From an uncultured Chloroflexia bacterium (lineage in GTDB: Bacteria; Chloroflexota; Limnocylindria; Limnocylindrales; CSP1-4): a DNA stretch of 64,000 bases. Position numbers and translations under genes: made by a program. Under the pieces are notes generated by a model, which ran no database searches, was not told the DNA's origin, and was given only the letters and a program-made list of their open reading frames with translations. Location: NCBI GenBank assembly GCA_963740825.1, contig CAVUFD010000001.1:1665543-1729542 (forward strand), written 5' to 3'. Below, piece after piece: positions 57,424-64,000 of the stretch; position 1 is the first letter of the stretch; each line of letters begins with the position of its first letter.

Positions 57424-57579
57424 GGTCGCCCCGGTCCGAGACGGCGGCCCCACCGCTACCCAGCCGGCCCGACACCGCCCGCGATCCCGGCCCGTCCACG
57501 CAACCCGCCGCGCCCCTCGCGTGTTGTTCCCGGTGATGGCAGGGACCGCGGACCGGGGGTTCGCGATGGCGACGCAGGC

Positions 57580-58539
57580 GTGGAAAGATGGGTCGATGCT
57601 TCGAGCGACGGTGCGCCGGTGACGCGGCGCGGGCTGATCCTGTTCGTCTCGATGGCGATCATCTGGGGCATCCCGTACCTGTTCATCCGGGTCGCGGTCG
57701 CCGAGATCTCGCCGCCGGTGCTGGTGTTCCTGCGGACGCTGATCGCGACCGTGATCCTGCTGCCCGTGGCGCTCCTGCGCGTCGATCTCCGCGCGGTGCT
57801 CGTCCACTGGCGCTGGGTGGCGGCGTTCGCCCTGATCGAGATCGCGATCCCGTGGGTCCTGCTCGGGTCAGCCGAACAGCACCTCTCGAGCTCGCTGACG
57901 GGGCTGCTCATCGCGAGCACGCCGCTGATCGGCACGGTGTTCGCCGTGGCGACCGGCGGCACCGACCGGCTGGGCCGGACCGGCGTGCTGGGCCTGCTCG
58001 TCGGCTTGGCGGGCGTGCTCGCGATCGTCGGCGGCGACTTCGCCACCGCCGACGTCCTCGCCCTGGTGCAGGTGTTCCTGGTCGCGGTCTGCTACGCGAT
58101 CGGCCCCGCGATCCTTGCCCGGCGGCTGGTCGGGGTGCCGTCGCTCGGGATCATGGCGCTCTCGCTGGCCGGCTCGGCGCTGCTGTACGCGCCCGTCGCG
58201 GCGTTCCAGTGGCCCGCAGCGCCGTTGTCGACCAACGTGATCGCGTCGGTGCTGGTCCTCGGCACCGTCTGCACCGCGGCCGCGTTCATCCTGTTTGCGG
58301 CGCTGATCGGCGAGATCGGCCCGGTGCGAGCGACGGTCATCACGTACATCAACCCCGCCGTGGCCGCGATCCTCGGCGTCGCCGTCCTCCAGGAGACGTT
58401 CACGCCCGCGATGGGCGTCGGGCTCGCCCTCGTGATCCTCGGCTCCGCGCTCGCCACCCGCCGGCCGCGCGCGATCGAGGCGCCGCCGGATCCCGCAGGC
58501 GCCATCGCGACGGTCCCCGAGCCCGCCGAGGCCGGCTAG
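57580..58539 (+). CDS. DMT family transporter (EamA-like)
   Basis: Ten TM helices and duplicated EamA domains. Confidence 0.8.
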   Translation: MERWVDASSDGAPVTRRGLILFVSMAIIWGIPYLFIRVAVAEISPPVLVFLRTLIATVILLPVALLRVDLRAVLVHWRWVAAFALIEIAIPWVLLGSAEQHLSSSLTGLLIASTPLIGTVFAVATGGTDRLGRTGVLGLLVGLAGVLAIVGGDFATADVLALVQVFLVAVCYAIGPAILARRLVGVPSLGIMALSLAGSALLYAPVAAFQWPAAPLSTNVIASVLVLGTVCTAAAFILFAALIGEIGPVRATVITYINPAVAAILGVAVLQETFTPAMGVGLALVILGSALATRRPRAIEAPPDPAGAIATVPEPAEAG

Positions 58540-58563
58540 CGCCGTCCCGGCGTCAGCGCTCCC

Positions 58564-58761
58564 CTACCACGGCCGCTCCCAGAGGTAGACCTCGCCGCAC
58601 GCGCACAGGTACGTCCAGCGCTCCGCCCGCTCGCCGCCCAGCGGCTGGACCACCGTCGGCGTGCGGTCACGCTCGGCACGCAGTGTCCCGTTCGGATGAC
58701 GGTGCCAGACCGTCGGGAACTGCTTGGGACCGGACCTGACCTCGACCACCCACTCTGCCAT
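58564..58761 (-). CDS. small hypothetical protein (65 aa)
   Basis: ATG start. C-terminal CxxC-like pair (LCACGEVYLWERPW). Confidence 0.35.
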   Translation of the reverse strand: MAEWVVEVRSGPKQFPTVWHRHPNGTLRAERDRTPTVVQPLGGERAERWTYLCACGEVYLWERPW

Positions 58762-58788
58762 GCCGCGGATGATAGAACATCCGTTCGA

Positions 58789-59556
58789 TTACTGGGCGAG
58801 CGACTCCAGGTACACGGCCGCCGCGCTGATGTCGGCGATCTCGTCGCCCGGGTCGTCCAGCTCCGCGATGTACCAGTGCACGCGGGCCGACCGCCCGGCC
58901 TCCACGATCCCCGGGAAGTCGAGGATGCCGGATCCGGCCGGGACGTCGTGGGACGCCGCTCCCGGTGCCCGGTCCTTCATGTGCAGCATCCGCACCCGGT
59001 CGCGGGCGGCCCGGATCGCGGCGACGGGGTCGCCGCCGCCGATGGAGACCCAGTACACGTCGACCTCGAGCTCGACCTCCGCGGGCAGCTCGGTCAGCAG
59101 CACGTCGAACGCCGTCGTGCCGTCGATCGGCGCGAACTCGAAGTCGTGGTTGTGGTACCCGAGCCGGAGCCCGTGGCCCGAGAAGGTCTCGGCCAGGCGC
59201 CCGAGCTCCGCGGCGAACCGCCGGACCGATTCGACCGACCCGCGGTCGGCCTCGGGCATGGACGGCACGACGACCCGCGGGCAGCCCAGCACCCGCAGCC
59301 GTTGCGCGACCGCGTCGGGGTCCGACCGCAAGCGGTCTATCCCCTCGTGCGAGGCGACGGGCGACAGCCCGGCGTCGTCGAGGCGGCGGGCGAGCTCGTC
59401 GGGCGGCACGTCGGGCAGGCCGGCCAGCTCCACGCGCCGGTAGCCGACCTCGGCGACGGCCGCGAGCGTTCCCGGGAGGTCCACGGCGAGCAGCCGGCGG
59501 ACCGTGTACAGCTGGAGGGCGATCTGGTCTTGGCGCATGGGCTGACGGTACGGCAT
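58789..59556 (-). CDS. sugar phosphate isomerase/epimerase (xylose-isomerase-like TIM barrel)
   Basis: IALQLYTVRR...RVELAG...LGYHNHDFEF...LHMKD motifs. Internal ATG chosen (MPYRQP). Start is uncertain. Confidence 0.8.
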   Translation of the reverse strand: MPYRQPMRQDQIALQLYTVRRLLAVDLPGTLAAVAEVGYRRVELAGLPDVPPDELARRLDDAGLSPVASHEGIDRLRSDPDAVAQRLRVLGCPRVVVPSMPEADRGSVESVRRFAAELGRLAETFSGHGLRLGYHNHDFEFAPIDGTTAFDVLLTELPAEVELEVDVYWVSIGGGDPVAAIRAARDRVRMLHMKDRAPGAASHDVPAGSGILDFPGIVEAGRSARVHWYIAELDDPGDEIADISAAAVYLESLAQ

Positions 59557-59611
59557 CCCGTCTGCGCGTTCGAACCGCGCCCGCACCGCGGGATACCGTA
59601 CGCTCGGGCAC

Positions 59612-60694
59612 GTGGAGCCCCTCGGGATCGGCATCGTCGGCACCGGCAACATCGCCGGCGGCTACGCGCGCAGCATCCCCAGCCACCCGGAGGTCCGGCT
59701 CGTCGCGGCGACCGACCTCGAGCCGGCCAGGGCGGCCGCCTTCGGCGAGACACACGGCTGTCAAATCCACGCCTCGCTCGACGCACTGCTGGCGGACCCC
59801 GCGGTCGACATCGTCGTGAACCTCACCGTGCAGCACGCCCACCACGAGGTCACCAAACGAGCCCTCGAGGCCGGGCGGCACGTCTACAGCGAGAAGCCGA
59901 TGGCGCTCGTGCCCGATCAGGCCCGCGAGCTGATCGAGGTCGCGGCGCGCCACGACCGGCGGCTCGGGTGCGCGCCCGCGACGTTCCTGGGCGAGGCCCA
60001 GCAGACGGCCGCGGCGTGGATCCGCGAGGGGCGCCTGGGGCCGATGCGGGCCGTCTACGCAGACGTCAGCCACGGGCGGATCGAGACCTGGCACCCGGCC
60101 CCGCAGGCGTTCTTTGACGTCGGCGTGCTGGTCGACGTCGCCGTCTACCCCCTGACGCTCGTGACCACGATGGTCGGCCCTGCGCGGTCGGTGCGGGCGT
60201 GGGGCTGGAACCTCCTGCCCGACCGCGTGACGGTCGACGGGACGCCGTTCCGGATCGGCCGGCCCGACCACATCGTCGCGGCGATCGAGCTCGAGGGCGG
60301 GGCGGTGCTGCGGCTGACCTCCTCGTTCTACGTGGGCCGGCCGGCCAAGTTCCGCGGCGGCCTCGAGTTCCATGGCGACGAGGCCTCGTTCGCGCTCGGC
60401 AACTTCCAGGAGTTCAACGCGTCGGTCGAGGCGGGCCCGTATGACGGCGATTACGCCGCGGTCCCCCACGTCCGCGCGCCGTTCGCCGGCATCGACTGGG
60501 GACGGGGCGTCGCGGACCTCGCGGCGGCGATCGCCGAGGACCGGCCGCACCGCGCCTCGGCCGAGCAGGCCGCCCACGTCGTCGACATCCTCGACGCCGC
60601 GGCACGCTCCATGACGGACGCCGGCCGGCCGGTCGAGGTCTCGTCGTCGTTCCCGTCGCCAGCGCTGATGCCGTGGGCCGTCATCCGGGACTGA
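59612..60694 (+). CDS. Gfo/Idh/MocA family oxidoreductase
   Basis: GIGIVGTGNIAGGYARS Rossmann motif and EKPMAL motif. GTG start. Confidence 0.85.
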   Translation: MEPLGIGIVGTGNIAGGYARSIPSHPEVRLVAATDLEPARAAAFGETHGCQIHASLDALLADPAVDIVVNLTVQHAHHEVTKRALEAGRHVYSEKPMALVPDQARELIEVAARHDRRLGCAPATFLGEAQQTAAAWIREGRLGPMRAVYADVSHGRIETWHPAPQAFFDVGVLVDVAVYPLTLVTTMVGPARSVRAWGWNLLPDRVTVDGTPFRIGRPDHIVAAIELEGGAVLRLTSSFYVGRPAKFRGGLEFHGDEASFALGNFQEFNASVEAGPYDGDYAAVPHVRAPFAGIDWGRGVADLAAAIAEDRPHRASAEQAAHVVDILDAAARSMTDAGRPVEVSSSFPSPALMPWAVIRD

Positions 60695-60715
60695 GCCGAT
60701 GCCATACTCGGACCC

Positions 60716-60946
60716 ATGGCGAGCGGAGATCCCGAACCCGAGACGGTTCGATACGGCAACGGGAAGATCAAGTACACGGGCTTCCTGCTCGACGGCGCCA
60801 TGCACGGCGCGTGGTCGTGGTATCGGACGGACGGCTCGCTGATGCGCACCGGCGAGTTCGAGCGCGGGCGGCAGGTCGGCACCTGGCGGACGTACGACCG
60901 CGCGAACGCCGTGGTCAAGGAGACGACGTTCCCATCCGGGTCCTGA
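60716..60946 (+). CDS. MORN-repeat / YwqK-family antitoxin-like small protein
   Basis: 76 aa with GNGKIKYTG...[12 protein letters not shown]...GTWRTYD repeats typical of the MORN variant (YwqK family). Confidence 0.5.
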   Translation: MASGDPEPETVRYGNGKIKYTGFLLDGAMHGAWSWYRTDGSLMRTGEFERGRQVGTWRTYDRANAVVKETTFPSGS

Positions 60947-61026
60947 GATCGCGGATGCGGTTGGCGGCCGGACCCGTGTCGGGTCCAAGATCGTTCGCGA
61001 CAGGCGGACACCACCGGGAGACTCGC

Positions 61027-61455
61027 ATGCCGCTCGAGAAGGACGACCTGCCGTGGAACGAGCGGGTCATCGAGGACTTCCGCGCCAACGGCGGCAAGGT
61101 CACGTTCCCGCCCTACGTCGGGGCGAACCTGCTCCTGCTGACGTCGATCGGGGCCAGGACCGGCGCGCCGCATGTCGCCCCCCTGGGCTTCACGCGCGAC
61201 GGCGACCGCTACGTCGTCGTAGGCTCGAACAGCGGGCGTCCTGTGAACGCCGACTGGGTCGCGAACGTCCGCGCGAACGAGGACGTGACCATCGAGGTCG
61301 GCACCGAGGCGTTCAACGCCCGCGGCCGTGTCGAGGAGGGCGCCGAGCGCGATCGGCTGTTCGCGGCGCACGTCGCCGCGCTGCCGCACTTCGCCAAGTA
61401 CCAGGCGATGACCGAGCGGCCCCTGCCCGTCGTCACCTTCGACCGGATCCAGTAG
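61027..61455 (+). CDS. nitroreductase-family deazaflavin(F420)-dependent oxidoreductase (DUF385, Ddn-like)
   Basis: [25 protein letters not shown]...[19 protein letters not shown]. Confidence 0.8.
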   Translation: MPLEKDDLPWNERVIEDFRANGGKVTFPPYVGANLLLLTSIGARTGAPHVAPLGFTRDGDRYVVVGSNSGRPVNADWVANVRANEDVTIEVGTEAFNARGRVEEGAERDRLFAAHVAALPHFAKYQAMTERPLPVVTFDRIQ

Positions 61456-61463
61456 GGCCCGCG

Positions 61464-61901
61464 ATGCCGCTGACCGGGGACTATGCGCCGGGTCGGTCGC
61501 AGTGGGCCCGCAAGCAGGCCGAGCTGTATGAGGCCTCAGGCGGCGCCGAGGCCGGCGACCTGCGTGGGCGGCCGGTCATCGTCCTCACCTCGGTCGGCGC
61601 GAAGACGCGCAAGCTGCGCAAGACCGCGCTGATGCGCGTCGAGCACGACGGGGTCTACGCGGTCGTCGCCTCGCTCGGGGGCGCGCCCAAGCACCCGGTC
61701 TGGTATTTCAACCTCCGCAAGGAGCCCCACGTGGAGCTCCAGGACGGACCCGTGAAGCGCGACTACCTGGCCCGCGAGGTCACGGGGGACGAGAAGGCGG
61801 TGTGGTGGGCGCGTGCCGTCGAGGCATGGCCCGACTACGCGAAGTACCAGTTGAAGACCGAGCGTCAGATCCCGGTGTTCGTGCTGGAGCCGTTGGAGTA
61901 G
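61464..61901 (+). CDS. nitroreductase-family deazaflavin(F420)-dependent oxidoreductase (DUF385, Ddn-like), tandem paralog
   Basis: [51 protein letters not shown]. Confidence 0.8.
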   Translation: MPLTGDYAPGRSQWARKQAELYEASGGAEAGDLRGRPVIVLTSVGAKTRKLRKTALMRVEHDGVYAVVASLGGAPKHPVWYFNLRKEPHVELQDGPVKRDYLAREVTGDEKAVWWARAVEAWPDYAKYQLKTERQIPVFVLEPLE

Positions 61902-62644
61902 CCGCCCGCCTCACGCATGTGGCGATCGGTCATGGGCGCGGTCTTGGCCATCCCGTTGACGGTCTCCAGGACGAGGCTGACCGCGACCCGCCGATCGATC
62001 GCCTCCCGGACGCGCGCGAGCTCGACGACCAGCGCGAAGGCACAGGTTGGCGGCCACTCCGCGGCGGGCACCTGGTGCTCCGCGAAGATCGCCCGCACGC
62101 CGGGCCGCAGCTCATACGCCTGGCGCAGGGGCTGGACGAACGGCCGGTGCTCCTCGGGCACGCTGAGCGGCACGAACCCCGATGGAACGGCCGCCGTGCC
62201 ATCGGCGCCGCCGATCGAGGCCGCGAACAGCCGGATCGGCTCGTCCAGCGGCGGGAAGTCGTCGGCGTCGTACCCCTGGGCGAGCGCCCCGCCGCGGATG
62301 ATCCCGAACACGCTGGTCGCGGCCATGCCCCAGTCGGGCGCGTCGGCGACGAGGATCGCGTTGACCCGGTCGGACAGGACGGGATCGCCGGGAGCGAACG
62401 TGTGGTGCTCGAGGTCGAAATCGCTCGCCGCGGCCATGCAGGCCTCGCCGCAGGCCGCCGCGGCCGCGCTCAGCAGGTCCTCGACGCGGATCCGGCCCTC
62501 GGCATCGTGCACCTTCGACTCGAACAGCGCGCTCAGCGCGTTCGTGGCCTCGCGCATCCCGTCGGGATCGTTGGGTGGCTGCTCCGGTGACGGCCGGCGA
62601 GCCTCCCGCTGGTCCTCCCTCGATCGACGCCCGAACAGCGGCAT
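61865..62644 (-). CDS. hypothetical protein
   Basis: Internal [13 protein letters not shown]. 259 aa, protein-like. No family recognised. Convergent overlap of about 37 nt with the Ddn paralog. Confidence 0.45.
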   Translation of the reverse strand: MPLFGRRSREDQREARRPSPEQPPNDPDGMREATNALSALFESKVHDAEGRIRVEDLLSAAAAACGEACMAAASDFDLEHHTFAPGDPVLSDRVNAILVADAPDWGMAATSVFGIIRGGALAQGYDADDFPPLDEPIRLFAASIGGADGTAAVPSGFVPLSVPEEHRPFVQPLRQAYELRPGVRAIFAEHQVPAAEWPPTCAFALVVELARVREAIDRRVAVSLVLETVNGMAKTAPMTDRHMREAGGYSNGSSTNTGI

Positions 62645-62758
62645 GCGATCTCCCCTCCATGCGGTCGCGCCCACAGTACGCGCCCCGCCCGGCCGGAGTT
62701 CGCCCGCGACCCTAGGGAACTCGCCGCATCGACTCGCTGCGCCGCGGCCTGGCCGGGG

Positions 62759-63274
62759 TCAGCCGGTCGGCGCCGCCCCGTCCGCACGGCGGTGGAGGCC
62801 GGCGAAGAACCCGTAGGGCTCGCCCGCCGGGTCGTCGGCGTCCTTGAGCTCGTCGATGAGCGCCTGGAACCGGCGCTCGAAGGCATCCCTCGCCTCGGGG
62901 CGCAGACGAACACCCAGCCGCGACAGGAGGGCGATGTCGGCCGGCGGCGACTCGGCGATCTCGTCGCGGAATGCGTCCACGAGGGCGCGGGTCACCGACG
63001 GGCTCTCCCCGACGTCCAGCGTCCACGACTTCCCCGTGGCGCGATACGGGCGCTCGATGGCCCCTCGCTTGCCCCGTCGCTCGGCTGCCGGGGCCAGGAA
63101 CCCGGCGTCGACCAGCAGCCGCACGTGGTGCAGCACAGTCCCCGCGTCGCGCCCGAGGCGCGTGGCGAGCTCCTCGTTGGTGAGGTCGGTGTCGAGGCAC
63201 AGCCGCAGGATGCGCAGTCGCAGCGGGTTGGCGAGCGCGCGAGCTTCGTCGGGAGTCGCGGGGCGGCGTTCCAT
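62759..63274 (-). CDS. ArsR-like winged-HTH transcriptional regulator
   Basis: MERRPATPDEARALANPLRLRILRLCLDTDLTNEELATRLGRDAGTVLHHVRLLVDAGFL. Confidence 0.75.
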   Translation of the reverse strand: MERRPATPDEARALANPLRLRILRLCLDTDLTNEELATRLGRDAGTVLHHVRLLVDAGFLAPAAERRGKRGAIERPYRATGKSWTLDVGESPSVTRALVDAFRDEIAESPPADIALLSRLGVRLRPEARDAFERRFQALIDELKDADDPAGEPYGFFAGLHRRADGAAPTG

Positions 63275-63311
63275 GCGACCATCGTAGACAAGTGGTTGAA
63301 CAATGTCCACC

Positions 63312-63329
63312 GGTTGAGTAGGATCAACC
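63312..63329. promoter_or_regulatory. inverted repeat GGTTGA-N6-TCAACC (plus an extra GGTTGA half-site 15 nt upstream) in the regulator/MFS divergent intergenic region
   Basis: Read directly. Ends 2 nt before the MFS ATG. Confidence 0.45.
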
Positions 63330-63330
63330 A

Positions 63331-64000
63331 ATGACCGCCGTCCCAGGCTTCGTCGCCCGCGCGTCGGGCAACCTCGGCTCGAACTACTGGCGCCTGTGGT
63401 CCGCCTCGGCAGCGTCCAACCTCGCCGACGGCATCTTCTGGATCGCGTTTCCGCTGCTCGCGATCAGCCTCACGGACTCCCCTGCCCTCATCGCCGGCGT
63501 GGTGGTGGTCGGCCGCCTCCCGTGGCTGCTGTTCGTGCTGGTCGCGGGCGCGCTCGCCGACCGCCTCGACCGGCGGCGGACGATGCTCGCCGTGGCGATC
63601 CTGCGCAGCGGGGTCTCGATCGCGATCGCGGTCACGATCGTCACCGGCGTCGTCAGCCTGCCGATCCTGTACGTCACGGCGTTCGTGCTGGGCGTCGGCG
63701 AGACGCTGTTCGACACGGCGGCCCAGTCGATCATGCCCAGCGTCGTGGAGCGCGACCGGCTGAGCCAGGCGAACGGCCGGCTCTACGCGGTCGAGCTGAC
63801 GATGAACCAGTTCGTCGGGCCGCCGGTCGGCGGGCTGCTGGCCGGCGTGGCGATCGGGTTCGCCTTCGGCGGCTCGGCCGTCGCGTTCGCGATCGCGGCC
63901 GTGTTCCTCGCCCTCCTGACCGGCTCCTTCCAACCGACGTCGCGCGCGGTGAAGACCAGCGTCGTGGCCGACATCCGCGAGGGCCTCCGCTACCTGTTCG
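63331..64000 (+). CDS. MFS transporter (3' partial, continues past window end)
   Basis: ATG start. MFS helices and an ADRLDRRR loop motif. Divergent from the HTH regulator. Confidence 0.8.
   Translation, partial: MTAVPGFVARASGNLGSNYWRLWSASAASNLADGIFWIAFPLLAISLTDSPALIAGVVVVGRLPWLLFVLVAGALADRLDRRRTMLAVAILRSGVSIAIAVTIVTGVVSLPILYVTAFVLGVGETLFDTAAQSIMPSVVERDRLSQANGRLYAVELTMNQFVGPPVGGLLAGVAIGFAFGGSAVAFAIAAVFLALLTGSFQPTSRAVKTSVVADIREGLRYLF

Overview
High-GC (about 70%+) chromosomal segment, almost certainly from an actinobacterium that uses cofactor F420. It carries several LLM/PPOX/DUF385 deazaflavin-type enzymes, a mycobacterial-style repertoire of class III cyclases, F420-type luciferase-like monooxygenases, and a Tet(M)/Otr(A)-like ribosomal protection GTPase. 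Genes are densely packed on both strands. No rRNA, tRNA or CRISPR array is evident. Most content is ordinary accessory metabolism and transport: alpha/beta hydrolases, S9 peptidases, amidase, MDR dehydrogenases, MFS/DMT/ABC/AI-2E transporters, EttA, LigD-type ligase, VapBC and PadR/ArsR/LysR regulators. Points worth a second look are below.

- An unusual density of four cyclase-domain genes, including a RibD_C(DHFR-like)-cyclase fusion with an Asn-to-His change in the catalytic motif.
- An orphan small protein that joins a DUF4157/eCIS-like N-terminal motif (LQATAGNRAV) to an Hcp/tail-tube-like C-terminus.
- A low-GC orphan membrane protein (N-terminal soluble domain plus 4 C-terminal TM helices) with a tiny upstream ORF.
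- A lysine-rich 23-aa micro-ORF with a strong RBS.
- A two-HKD PLD-like protein.
- A fused tandem AI-2E transporter.
- Perfect palindromic operators in front of the arsR, padR and vapB genes.

Internal start positions are derived by codon arithmetic from the ORF track and may be off by a few bases.
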